The translations under genes and the position numbers were made by a program. A DNA stretch of 64,000 bases from Desulfomonilia bacterium. Its GTDB lineage: Bacteria > Desulfobacterota > Desulfomonilia > UBA1062. Positions 1-9,490 of this stretch are shown one piece after another; position 1 is the stretch's first letter; each line of letters opens with the position of its first letter. The stretch covers positions 32,001 through 96,000 of the forward strand of contig CAXXDQ010000004.1 of NCBI GenBank assembly GCA_963664325.2, given 5' to 3'. The notes under the pieces were generated by a model. That model ran no database searches and was not told the DNA's origin. It saw nothing but the letters and a program-made list of their open reading frames with translations.

Positions 1-68
1 ATCAAGAAAAAGTCTGATACATTCATATTTTCGGTGGCAAATATTGCTTCTTAAAATAAATAGAATTG

Positions 69-143
69 TTCCCCGCAGATCGCGCAGATTAACGCAGATG
101 AAAACATTTTAATTTCTGCGTAAATCTGCGAAATCAGCGGGAA
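69..143. repeat. REP-like imperfect inverted repeat built from CGCAGA units
   Basis: ttccccgcagatcgcgcagattaacgcaga pairs with tctgcgtaaatctgcgaaatcagcgggaa around an AT-rich loop. Confidence 0.7.
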
Positions 144-368
144 ATTATGCGTTTGTTATTCAATGGCAAGTTTTTCTTGTAATTGATTCATTCAATTTTA
201 TGCTTTATTTCTTTTGCCGCTGATTATGTGGATGTACCAAAAGTTTTTTGATTGTTCTTTGGTCTTTAAATTTTACTTGTTTTTTTGTTTTATATATTTA
301 TTTTATAACAAGGCTATGCGATTTTTTTTGCCGGGAGCTGGTATGAATATTTTTTATGAGATTATGTT

Positions 369-1268
369 ATGGAATACGAGACTATAAGTATATTAGCTGA
401 AAAAGGTGAGACGGGTACTATTATAAGTACAGTGAAGGGAATACAGTTCAAGAATCCCGACCTCAGTATTGGCTCTCCAAGATACGGACAGTTAAGTAAC
501 CGTATGATTATAAGCTACAGAGTTCCCAAAAACCAGCACAAACAGATTGTCTCTCTTTTTACCATGCGCGATTTGAAAATTATTACCCGTGATGAGGATG
601 TGCTAAATATTATCAGCAATACCCGTAAAACAATAATTGCCGAAAATATTTCATCTGGTCAAACACAGCCCCTCTCTGAAAATGACAGTAAAATAAAAAA
701 GCCAACCATGGGTATTGTGGAACTTGAGGATTTTGCGAAACGGGGAAACTACCAGGAAATAATTAAAATATCAAAGGATATTATCAATTACGGTACAGAC
801 ATGGTAGATAGAGCCAAAAATGTTCTATCTGAAGCTGTTAAAGTTTCTATCACAAATGCCTATAACAGCGGTATGATGTATCCGTCAAAGGTTGATGAAT
901 CGGTTGACCTGCTGCTGAAAATCGCTTCGGATGTGAATCTTAAATCGATGAACAAGATGGATATTTTAAGGCAGGCCGGCATGCTCTCAATTGATATATG
1001 TGTAAAACATATAAAGTATATCGATAAGCTGATCTCTATCTGTAATTTTAACTCAATTCCTCATATTATTAATCTGAAAGCGGCAGTAAAATTTTCGGAG
1101 GTGGTTTTCGAAAATAAGGAGCAGTTTAAGGATGATCTTGATATAGCTGTAAGAGACCTGAATAATAAATGGATAGCAATCTGCAATGATGTTGCCGGCA
1201 GGGAGTTATCTGCCGAAGAAGTAACCGCTCTCAATAAACTTCTTGATTATGTTCAGCTGAAAAGATAA
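369..1268 (+). CDS. hypothetical protein (299 aa, helical-looking C-terminal half)
   Basis: Long AT-rich ORF with GAG-like RBS; no motif recognised. Confidence 0.75.
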   Translation: MEYETISILAEKGETGTIISTVKGIQFKNPDLSIGSPRYGQLSNRMIISYRVPKNQHKQIVSLFTMRDLKIITRDEDVLNIISNTRKTIIAENISSGQTQPLSENDSKIKKPTMGIVELEDFAKRGNYQEIIKISKDIINYGTDMVDRAKNVLSEAVKVSITNAYNSGMMYPSKVDESVDLLLKIASDVNLKSMNKMDILRQAGMLSIDICVKHIKYIDKLISICNFNSIPHIINLKAAVKFSEVVFENKEQFKDDLDIAVRDLNNKWIAICNDVAGRELSAEEVTALNKLLDYVQLKR

Positions 1269-1340
1269 TTGGAACCTGGTAGATGCTGTCTCAAAAGCTA
1301 AAAAGTACGAATACATATTCAATAAAAAATTAGTCCAATT

Positions 1341-1424
1341 CCCTTTCGCCGGCGAAGGGGTGCCCAAAGGGCGGGGTAGTGGCTCTGATAAAGGAGTTCG
1401 ACACCCCGCCCTTCGGGTACCCCT
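1341..1424. repeat. REP-like inverted repeat pair
   Basis: aggggtgcccaaagggcggggt (1356-1377) versus accccgcccttcgggtacccct (1403-1424): 20/22 complementary; small hairpin at 1341-1360. Confidence 0.7.
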
Positions 1425-1538
1425 CTACAAGAGTAATGGCACTAAGATAAAACAAAAATTGTCATTGCGAGTCAACAAAAAAGGCGGTGCCTTTATTCAA
1501 AAATAAAATGACATCCGGTGGCATAGGCATCCCTGCCT

Positions 1539-1679
1539 ATCGGAAAGCTGCTTACAAACGACGAGCTGTATCAGGCACTGCTGGAGGCTATCAAAAATAC
1601 AAACAGGGCGGCTCAGGGCATATCTGAGCAGACGCCGATTACTGTTATGGGTTCCTTGTTAGCTCCGATGATAAGGTAG
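1539..1679 (+). CDS. 3' fragment of an MlaD/MCE-family protein, truncated at a probable contig join
   Basis: Hand translation IGKLLTNDELYQALLEAIKNTNRAAQGISEQTPITVMGSLLAPMIR*; GKLLxxxELY is typical of MCE/MlaD C-terminal helices; absent from the ORF track. Confidence 0.6.
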   Translation: MGKLLTNDELYQALLEAIKNTNRAAQGISEQTPITVMGSLLAPMIR

Positions 1680-1680
1680 G

Positions 1681-2997
1681 ATGAAAAAAGTACGGATTCC
1701 GGCACTGGTATCAGCCTTCATACTTGTCCCTGCCATTGTTCTGGCCCTTGAAATAAACATTGCACCGGTATTCTATTACCGGAGCACTGATGAAGGGACA
1801 ACATTTAATGCGCTCGGGCCTGTTTTTGAAAAAACCGATGAAGCAACAGCAGTAAGGCCTCTGTTCTTTAAGGACAAGGATGAAACGGATTTTCTTTACC
1901 CGCTGGGCAGGTCTCATGAAGGTATCACACGTTTTATCCCATTATACCATTCGGACTCCAACGAACCCAACTCTCATACTACTTTATTCCCTGTGTTCTG
2001 GGGGAAATATATGGGAAAATCCTACGGAGGAGTGTTTCCCATATATGGAAACATGTTACACCGTTTCGGCAAGGATGAAGCTGAATTCTGTCTGTGGCCG
2101 ATTTACATGAAAACAAAAGTTGGGGGGAAGAACACGTATACCATTCTTTGGCCGATATTCACTGTCAGCAAAGGAACCAGCTATAAAGTCTTTCCTCTGT
2201 ATGGTTGGGAGAAACATCTAAATGGAGAAACACAGTATCTTTTCTGGCCGTTTCTGTTCAGGGAAAGGGGCAAAAAAAACATGGACGCATTTCTGCCCTT
2301 TTTCCAGTATACTACCTGGAAGAATGCCTGGTCGGTGTCAATACTATGGCCCTTTTTCACTTTCGGCAGGGATAACGACCGAAACCAGACCGGCATAGAT
2401 GCACCGTGGCCTTTGATCAAATATGCCCGGGGGGAATATAACCAGACAATGGTTTTTCCTTTGTATTATGAATATGATAGGGACAATACATACAAAACGA
2501 CTATGTATTTATGGCCAATATGGTATCAGTCTGAAATAATAGATGTAACTAACAATTACTACAAAAAGAACGGCCGTTTCTGCATCCTTACTTCTTGGAG
2601 AAAAGCCAACAGCCAGGGAAAAAATAGCGTGCAGTTTAACCTTTGGCCACTTTATTACATATCGAAAGACGAGGACCTGACATTCTGGCATTTTCCAAGT
2701 GTATTTCCATTCGATTATCCCGGGGTTGAGAATAACTGGGCTCCGATTTTTACACTTGTCAGTTACGAAAAGAAGCTGGACAAGTCTCATTTTGATATAT
2801 TGTGGAAAACCTTTTATCTCGAACACGATGCAGAGCTCATGAGATGGGCGCTCTCATTCCTCGTGTCATTTGAAAACAGCCCCCAATACTGGCAGATTGG
2901 CTTGCTCTCTGATTTGATAAAGTTCAAAACAAAAAAACCGGACAAGGCTGAATCCGACATTTCTTTTGACAGTAATGCTGCCGGTGAAGTAGATTAA
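1681..2997 (+). CDS. exported hypothetical protein with ~15-18 aromatic-Pro-aromatic repeats
   Basis: N-terminal signal-like segment; recurring LFPVFW/VFPIYG/LWPIYM/LWPFFT/VFPLYY motifs. Confidence 0.8.
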   Translation: MKKVRIPALVSAFILVPAIVLALEINIAPVFYYRSTDEGTTFNALGPVFEKTDEATAVRPLFFKDKDETDFLYPLGRSHEGITRFIPLYHSDSNEPNSHTTLFPVFWGKYMGKSYGGVFPIYGNMLHRFGKDEAEFCLWPIYMKTKVGGKNTYTILWPIFTVSKGTSYKVFPLYGWEKHLNGETQYLFWPFLFRERGKKNMDAFLPFFQYTTWKNAWSVSILWPFFTFGRDNDRNQTGIDAPWPLIKYARGEYNQTMVFPLYYEYDRDNTYKTTMYLWPIWYQSEIIDVTNNYYKKNGRFCILTSWRKANSQGKNSVQFNLWPLYYISKDEDLTFWHFPSVFPFDYPGVENNWAPIFTLVSYEKKLDKSHFDILWKTFYLEHDAELMRWALSFLVSFENSPQYWQIGLLSDLIKFKTKKPDKAESDISFDSNAAGEVD

Positions 2998-3003
2998 AGG
3001 AAT

Positions 3004-3071
3004 GACCCTGAACGTAATAGGCGGTTTTGGGTCTATGGGGGAAGACTCACAAGCCCGTTATGCCCAGGGTC
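3004..3071. other. long imperfect hairpin upstream of mnmG
   Basis: gaccctg...gggtct / agactc...cagggtc arms with G-U-type mismatches. Confidence 0.45.
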
Positions 3072-3161
3072 TGATTAATATGTTAATGCCGCAGATATTA
3101 GAGTCAAGGGCATACAATATATTTAAAAAAAATTCACCCGTTAGCGTATCAGGATAGCCCG

Positions 3162-4988
3162 ATGGAGAATTTCGATGTCATTGTTGTCGGCGGCGGCCAC
3201 GCCGGTGCTGAAGCTGCCTATGCATCTTCTAAACTGGGGGTGAAAACCGCACTCCTTACCATCAACATGGATACAGTGGGCCGCATGCCATGCAGCCCGT
3301 CAATCGGCGGGCTTGCTAAAAGCCATCTTGTCAAGGAGATCGACGCCCTCGGCGGCATTATGGCAGAGGCCGCTGATGAAACGGCAATCCAGTACCGCCT
3401 CCTTAATACGAAGAAAGGCCCTGCAGTCAGGGCAACCAGGACGCAGAATGACAGAAAAAGATATGAATCTGCAATAAAAGCCAGGCTGGAAAAATCCCAG
3501 GTTATACTCAGGCAGGCCAAGGTCGAAGATATTTTAGTCAAGGACGGAAAGATTACTGGAATAAAAGACCGGACAGGTATTTCATACGGCACAACGGCAC
3601 TGGTGATTGCAGCCGGTACGTTTCTTTCAGGCCTCATCCATATAGGCAATATAAGCTTTGCATCCGGCAGGGCCGGTGAGGAAGGATCAAACTCTCTTGC
3701 AAAAAACATTAAAGGCCTCGGATTAGCTACAGGCAGATTCAAGACAGGGACACCGCCGAGGCTTAATATAAACAGCATTGACCTGTCGAAGTTCATCTGC
3801 CAGGAGCCTCAGAGCGGAATCATGCCGCTTGCATTTGAATCTACCGGCTCAAGACTCGAACAGCTTGCCTGTTATATCGGGCGGACATCTGAGAAGACAC
3901 ACAGGATTATACGGGAAAATATCCTTAAAAGCCCTTTATATTCAGGTGCCATTACAGGGACGCCAGCACGTTATTGCCCGTCCCTTGAAGACAAAGTGAT
4001 GCGCTTCGGAGACAGGACCGGGCATCAGGTTATAATAGAGCCCGAGGGTCTGGACACGCTCGAAGTGTATGCATCAGGGCTTGGAAATTCCATGCCCCCC
4101 GATATTCAGCAGGAGATAGTAGGTTCGATTCCGGGACTTGAAAATGCTCAAATTATCAGACCTTCGTATGCTATTGAATATGATTACATACTTCCAACAC
4201 AACTTAAAAGAACCCTTGAAACAAAACTGGTGGCAGGATTGTTCCTTGCAGGACAGGTCAACGGTACTTCAGGGTATGAGGAAGCGGCGGCTCAGGGAAT
4301 GATCGCCGGAATAAATGCTGCACTCATGGTAAAAGGTGAGGAGCCGTTTATACTGGACAGACCTGAGGCCTATACGGCAGTCATGATCGATGACCTTGTA
4401 ACCAGAGGCACAAGCGAACCGTACAGGTTGTTTACTGCACGTGCCGAATACAGGCTGATGCTCAGGGAGACAAACGCCCTGTTCAGATTATCGGACAAGG
4501 CTTACGCGCTTGGCCTGATAAGCCATGAAAGGATGGAAAAAGTCCGTTCTGTTATGGCTGAAATTGACGGGCTTACCAGCTTTTTAAAAAAGACATCGAT
4601 TGCCATTCCAACAGATAAAGATTCGGGGCCAGATAATTCCGGACAGACAAGCCTCGAAAAATACCTGAAAAGACCCGAGGTGAGCCTCGAAAAGCTGATC
4701 AGTGACGGATATGTAAAGGCTGTTCCCGAGCTTGTAAGACTGGAAACCGAGACCTCGATAAAATACGAAGGATATATCGAAAGGCAGAAAAAAGAGGTTG
4801 AGTGGTTTATAAACCTTGAAAGGATTAAAATACCGGAGACGTTCGATTACCAGACATTGAAGAGTCTGTCTAACGAACTGAAATCCCGTCTGTCCGAAAT
4901 AAGGCCTTCTACCCTGGCTCAGGCAGCCCTTGTTGAAGGTATGACACCTGCGGGACTGCAGGCAATCAGGATCGGCCTGGGGAAATAA
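3162..4988 (+). CDS. mnmG: tRNA uridine-5-carboxymethylaminomethyl(34) synthesis enzyme MnmG (GidA)
   Basis: [61 protein letters not shown]. Confidence 0.97.
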   Translation: MENFDVIVVGGGHAGAEAAYASSKLGVKTALLTINMDTVGRMPCSPSIGGLAKSHLVKEIDALGGIMAEAADETAIQYRLLNTKKGPAVRATRTQNDRKRYESAIKARLEKSQVILRQAKVEDILVKDGKITGIKDRTGISYGTTALVIAAGTFLSGLIHIGNISFASGRAGEEGSNSLAKNIKGLGLATGRFKTGTPPRLNINSIDLSKFICQEPQSGIMPLAFESTGSRLEQLACYIGRTSEKTHRIIRENILKSPLYSGAITGTPARYCPSLEDKVMRFGDRTGHQVIIEPEGLDTLEVYASGLGNSMPPDIQQEIVGSIPGLENAQIIRPSYAIEYDYILPTQLKRTLETKLVAGLFLAGQVNGTSGYEEAAAQGMIAGINAALMVKGEEPFILDRPEAYTAVMIDDLVTRGTSEPYRLFTARAEYRLMLRETNALFRLSDKAYALGLISHERMEKVRSVMAEIDGLTSFLKKTSIAIPTDKDSGPDNSGQTSLEKYLKRPEVSLEKLISDGYVKAVPELVRLETETSIKYEGYIERQKKEVEWFINLERIKIPETFDYQTLKSLSNELKSRLSEIRPSTLAQAALVEGMTPAGLQAIRIGLGK

Positions 4989-4990
4989 AT

Positions 4991-5764
4991 TTACTGTGTC
5001 CCGCCTATTTCAGTAAGTTTATCGTTTGCCCGGATGGCAAACCCACCCGTCTTGTCAAGACGTATAATTTCCACAAGGTGCTTTTTGGCCTCTTCCGTAT
5101 CTCCAGTATCGATATAGACCTGGGCTATATCCCAGTGCGCCTCGATATAATCCGGGAACAGATTCAATGCCTTTTTAAATGCCTCAATTGCCGAAACATT
5201 ATCTCCTGTTTTTGAGTATACTACCCCAAGAGCATCCCAGGCCGGCGCATAATCAGGTCTTATATCAACCGCCTTGGTCAGGTTGCTTTTCGCCTCTGTA
5301 TATTTGCCCATTGCAATATAGACAAGGGACATATTGTAAAGCGTATATTCCGGAGTCTTGTACAGGTCGTCCTCAAGGGCTTTCTTGAAGCATTTCAAGG
5401 CTTCATCGTTTTTCTTCAGCGTTACCAGGAGATCGCCTTTGAGGTTGTATGCCTCGCTTCTCATGCCGGGATGATCAAGTTCGAGGTTACCGGCATATTC
5501 AATTGCCTTGTCAACGTAAGGGAGGGCTTCTTCAGGTTTGTTCCACTGCCTGTAGGTAAGGGCAAAGCCATAATAAACTTCAGGGTCAACAGGGTTTACC
5601 TTCTGTGCTTTTTTGAGTTCAACCAGGGCGCTCTGCATATCGTTCTGACCCAGTTTTTCCATTGCTATCTGGCAGGAAGGACCAGATATCTTCCTGTTTT
5701 TCGCGAAGCTTCCCGCGCATCCGGCAAGTGCCAGAATGATAAACATTATAAATATTTTCTTCAT
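4991..5764 (-). CDS. TPR lipoprotein, PilW/PilF-like
   Basis: Lipobox LAGC, multiple TPRs, LEDDLYKTPE motif; last gene of the rlmN operon; start moved to MKKIF (GGAGG RBS). Confidence 0.75.
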   Translation of the reverse strand: MKKIFIMFIILALAGCAGSFAKNRKISGPSCQIAMEKLGQNDMQSALVELKKAQKVNPVDPEVYYGFALTYRQWNKPEEALPYVDKAIEYAGNLELDHPGMRSEAYNLKGDLLVTLKKNDEALKCFKKALEDDLYKTPEYTLYNMSLVYIAMGKYTEAKSNLTKAVDIRPDYAPAWDALGVVYSKTGDNVSAIEAFKKALNLFPDYIEAHWDIAQVYIDTGDTEEAKKHLVEIIRLDKTGGFAIRANDKLTEIGGTQ

Positions 5765-5799
5765 TCTTACCTCCGTATTAAATCGAATTGGAGAAGAAA

Positions 5800-6402
5800 T
5801 CATACCTCTATTCGCTCAATTACCTTCCATTCGTCTTCCGAATCAGAGGCCGTATCAACGATAAGATGGATGATCTTCAGATTCGGGTGCAGACCTTTAA
5901 GGTCGGCAAGGTCAACCGGTTCAAACTTGTTTCTGTTATTCAGATATGCCTGCTCGGTAATGGCATTTGATTCATAGTTTTCCCTGGTTCTCTTGGAAAT
6001 CCTGTTTAATGAGATATCCTGAGGACATACGGTCTGCTGAATAACAAAGGTTTTATTGTTCAGTGCAGCCACTTCGGCGGCCCTTCGCCGCAACTTCTGC
6101 GTAATGAACGTGGCGTCAAGGACGACTCCCCTATCTTCTGCCGCAAGTTTGGATGCCCTATTGAACATCTCATCATAGACAAGGTTTCTTTTATCCATGC
6201 TGGATGCAACCTTTTCATCAAATATATCTTCGCCTTTGAGGACTTCAAGGCGGATAAGATCGGTTCTCAGGATAGTATAGTCTTTCAGTCGGGCAATTAC
6301 TTCAGTGGTCTCTGTCTTGTATGATGCCGGCAGACCGCAAGCGATCAGGACCATATCGGCTCCCAGCTCTTTCGTCATATATTCCTTAAATGGTTCCCTC
6401 AT
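5800..6402 (-). CDS. P-loop kinase (AAA_33 family), equivalent to the C-terminal half of APH/AAA bifunctional proteins
   Basis: CGLPASYKT variant Walker A, LRTDLIR, VVLDATF, RRRAA. Confidence 0.8.
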   Translation of the reverse strand: MREPFKEYMTKELGADMVLIACGLPASYKTETTEVIARLKDYTILRTDLIRLEVLKGEDIFDEKVASSMDKRNLVYDEMFNRASKLAAEDRGVVLDATFITQKLRRRAAEVAALNNKTFVIQQTVCPQDISLNRISKRTRENYESNAITEQAYLNNRNKFEPVDLADLKGLHPNLKIIHLIVDTASDSEDEWKVIERIEV

Positions 6403-6424
6403 GAATCCATCTCCAATCCCGTTT

Positions 6425-7306
6425 TCAGAAAGAGTTTATACCGAACTCTTCGGCAACGAAAGAAGGTATTTCAAGACTGCCCATAATCACGGGTTGCTGA
6501 TGACAGTCAGACCCGCCGCTCAGAAGCAGATTGTGTCTCCCGGCAAAAGCGATGTATGAATCGGTTGCTTCCCGAGTATGCCTTGAATGCCAGCATTCGA
6601 TGCCGTCTATATAATCAAGCATCGATAATTCTATTATCTGCTGCTGCCTAGATAGATCGTTTGAAGCCGCCCTGAGCGATGTCCCGTTGGGGTCATCCGG
6701 GTGTGCAAGAAACAACCGCCCGCCGGCACCCCTGATAAGGCGTGAGGCATCATCAATGGATAAAGGCATCTTCGGGACATTCAACCTCACAAGGTACTTA
6801 TCAAAGGCCTCCTGCCTGCTGCCAACAATTCCCTTATCAATCAGCCAGGCGGCAATGTGAGGCCTGCCTATTGCACTTTCAACCCCCTCCTGAATTCTTG
6901 CGATATCATTTTCGCTCAGCAGGGGTTTGGCCTCTTTTGAAAGCTCTCCGTTAAGTTTATCAAGAATCATCAGTGCCCTCTTTTCCCGGTATGTACGAAG
7001 TTCCGAGAGTTTAGACACCAGCGTTTCGCTGTCCGGGTCAAAACCATAGCCAAGAAAATCCAGCGATATGTCTTTACCCTTTGTAAACTCAGGGTGGCTG
7101 AATGTGACATTAAGCTCAATGCCTGTTACATAGGATATCCTGTATCTTTCAGCCAGCAAGATGGCCTCTCTCTGGGATGAAACCGAATCGTGATCTGTAA
7201 TCGAAATGAGGTTTATGCCTCTGAGAGCCGCCTCTTTGAATATGTCCTTGAGGTGCCATCTGCCGTCGGAGCCGTTCCTTGAGTGTATATGCAGGTCAAT
7301 TTTCAT
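6425..7306 (-). CDS. PHP-domain phosphoesterase (YciV/TrpH-like)
   Basis: DLHIHS..SDG, ITDHD, GRPHIA, LAHP, GGSDCH. Confidence 0.9.
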   Translation of the reverse strand: MKIDLHIHSRNGSDGRWHLKDIFKEAALRGINLISITDHDSVSSQREAILLAERYRISYVTGIELNVTFSHPEFTKGKDISLDFLGYGFDPDSETLVSKLSELRTYREKRALMILDKLNGELSKEAKPLLSENDIARIQEGVESAIGRPHIAAWLIDKGIVGSRQEAFDKYLVRLNVPKMPLSIDDASRLIRGAGGRLFLAHPDDPNGTSLRAASNDLSRQQQIIELSMLDYIDGIECWHSRHTREATDSYIAFAGRHNLLLSGGSDCHQQPVIMGSLEIPSFVAEEFGINSF

Positions 7307-8310
7307 TATTTGTTTTTTCTGACATAGCCTGCCGCGAGTCTGTAATATTCGGAGGCCCTTTCAAAAGCTGCTTTTCTGCCTGTATCGTCCATCCCGGGAT
7401 CGCCAGACATGAAGGAATTGACCTTTGCCCTGACATAGGCGCGGTATATCTTATAAAAGGAAAGTACTTCCCGCATGCTGTCGTCTCCTGATGCACTTAT
7501 GTATGAGCCTACAAATTCACGGGCAAGGACATCATAGCCGTTATAATCAAGATCCATGGCCAGGAAGGCGATATCCTGTGCCGCATCGCCGTAACGGAAA
7601 CGTTCATTGAAATCTATACAGTCGAGGATTGTGATGCTGTCCCCGAACATGAATATGTGCTGAAGGTGAAGGTCGCCGTGACCCTCCTTTATGAAACCGC
7701 CATCAAGCCTTGCCTTGAACAGTTTTATATTATCTTCCATAAATCCAAGGCTCCATGTTTCGATCAAGGCAAAATCATCCGCTGAGACAGGTCCCCCGAT
7801 ATAGCCTCTTGTCTGGTCGAAATTTTCAATGATGTTAAAGCTTATCGTATTGAGCCCCCCGAAAGGTCTGGCCTTGTCGTCGGACGGTATCGCAGCATAT
7901 ATCTCTGCAAGGCGGCTTCCGAGCCTATTTATTTCGTCTGTCCCGACCTGCCCTTTTTTAAGAAGGTTAAGCAGCATGCAGTTTTCATCAATGCGCTTCA
8001 TTCTGAGAGCCGTCTCGGCTATATCGGAATCATCGCCTATGGAAAAGCCGTTCCCCTTTTTCGAAATGGGCACCACATCGAGATAGACATCCGGCGAAAA
8101 ACGCTTGTTAAGCCTTAATTCCTCTCCCACGTAAAAGCGCCTTTTTTCAGGTGTGGTGAAGTCAAGAAAACCCAGGTTGACGGGCTTCTTCAGCTTGTAG
8201 ACAAACTCGTCACAGATGAACACCCATGAATGGTGGGTTTGAACGAATGTAACTTTAGATGTCCTTTCCGGATATACGGCCGGATCGTTCATAAAAGAAA
8301 TCAGTTCCAT
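7306..8310 (-). CDS. aminoglycoside-phosphotransferase-like kinase, equivalent to the N-terminal half of APH/AAA bifunctional proteins
   Basis: QTHHSWVF, YKLKKPVNLGFLDFTT, HGDLHLQHI, DCIDFNERFR, YRAYVRAKV. Confidence 0.85.
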   Translation of the reverse strand: MELISFMNDPAVYPERTSKVTFVQTHHSWVFICDEFVYKLKKPVNLGFLDFTTPEKRRFYVGEELRLNKRFSPDVYLDVVPISKKGNGFSIGDDSDIAETALRMKRIDENCMLLNLLKKGQVGTDEINRLGSRLAEIYAAIPSDDKARPFGGLNTISFNIIENFDQTRGYIGGPVSADDFALIETWSLGFMEDNIKLFKARLDGGFIKEGHGDLHLQHIFMFGDSITILDCIDFNERFRYGDAAQDIAFLAMDLDYNGYDVLAREFVGSYISASGDDSMREVLSFYKIYRAYVRAKVNSFMSGDPGMDDTGRKAAFERASEYYRLAAGYVRKNK

Positions 8311-8311
8311 C

Positions 8312-9334
8312 TCAGTCTTTTCCTCCTGCCAGCTGGCCGCATGCGGCCATTATATCTTTTCCCCGTTCCTTTCTGATCACGACGGTAAAGTGCTTCGACT
8401 TCAGATATTCCTGGAAAGCGAATATCGTATTGTCCGACGGCGCGTCATACTTCGCCCCCGGCCACGGGTTGAAGGGTATCAGATTGATTTTCGCCCTTAT
8501 CCCATGAAGAAAACTGACAAGCGCCTTGGCGTCGGAAAGCGTGTCGTTAAAACCTCCTAGCATGACATATTCTATTGTTATGGTGCGCCTGGGCGGCAGC
8601 TCAATGGCCATGAGCGTCTTCTTGAGTTCGGCCAGCGGATATTTTCTGTTTACCGGCATGATGGCTGAGCGCTTCTCGTCGGTTGCGGCATTGAGCGATA
8701 CGGCGATGCCTATTCCCATATCAGGCCAGATATTGGGCAGTATGGGGATAATGCCGCAGGTTGATATCGTGATCCTTCGTGTCGAAAAGCCGGGGCCATT
8801 CTGATCCAGCAGTATCCTCACAGCCTTCAGCACGTTTTCATAATTGAGCAGGGGTTCTCCCATGCCCATAAGCACTATATTTCTGAAAAGTTTTTCGGGA
8901 TAAAGCCTGGTAGGTATGAGCACCTGGGCAAGAATCTCGGAAGGCAGGAGGTTTCTTTTAAATCCCAGGGTGGCCGTACAGCAGAAATTACAGCCCATGG
9001 CGCATCCTGCCTGCGATGACACGCAGATGGTGAAATAATCTTCATCGGGAATCAGCACGCTTTCGATTACTTCACCGTCATCAAGTGTGTATGCAAATTT
9101 TTCAGTCCCGTCGGAACTCACCTGATGTGCCCTTATTTCGGGATATCCGATATACCCCGCTTCATTAATTTTTTGTCTCAGCGGCAGCGATATATTGGTC
9201 ATTTCATCAATCTGCCGGGCACACTTCTGATAAAGCCACTGGAAGGCTTGCGCTCCCCTGAATGGTTTATCATTGATAAGGTCTGCAAGCTCAGCCCTGT
9301 CAAGGCCGAAAAGGTTTGTCTTGGTGCTACTCAA
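8312..9334 (-). CDS. rlmN: 23S rRNA (adenine(2503)-C2)-methyltransferase RlmN
   Basis: CVSSQAGCAMGCNFC, MGMGEPL, NLIPFNP, AACGQL. Confidence 0.95.
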   Translation of the reverse strand: MSSTKTNLFGLDRAELADLINDKPFRGAQAFQWLYQKCARQIDEMTNISLPLRQKINEAGYIGYPEIRAHQVSSDGTEKFAYTLDDGEVIESVLIPDEDYFTICVSSQAGCAMGCNFCCTATLGFKRNLLPSEILAQVLIPTRLYPEKLFRNIVLMGMGEPLLNYENVLKAVRILLDQNGPGFSTRRITISTCGIIPILPNIWPDMGIGIAVSLNAATDEKRSAIMPVNRKYPLAELKKTLMAIELPPRRTITIEYVMLGGFNDTLSDAKALVSFLHGIRAKINLIPFNPWPGAKYDAPSDNTIFAFQEYLKSKHFTVVIRKERGKDIMAACGQLAGGKD

Positions 9335-9490
9335 TCATTGCTTCCTTTCAGTTTTGATGATTTCCGATTTATATCATAATTCATTTAATCCATGACAAAG
9401 GAATTTCTAAAATGATATAATTATTATCGATTTGAAGATGTGTTTTTTCAAGTCAGGTTTTTCTTTTCATCACGACAAAGGAGATTCGGT

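Noticed and set aside
8312-9334. Radical SAM gene divergent from the GRE as its activating enzyme
   Set aside because: It has the RlmN signatures (MGMGEP, C-terminal AACGQL) and lacks the GCPLRCxWCxNPE-type activase motif.
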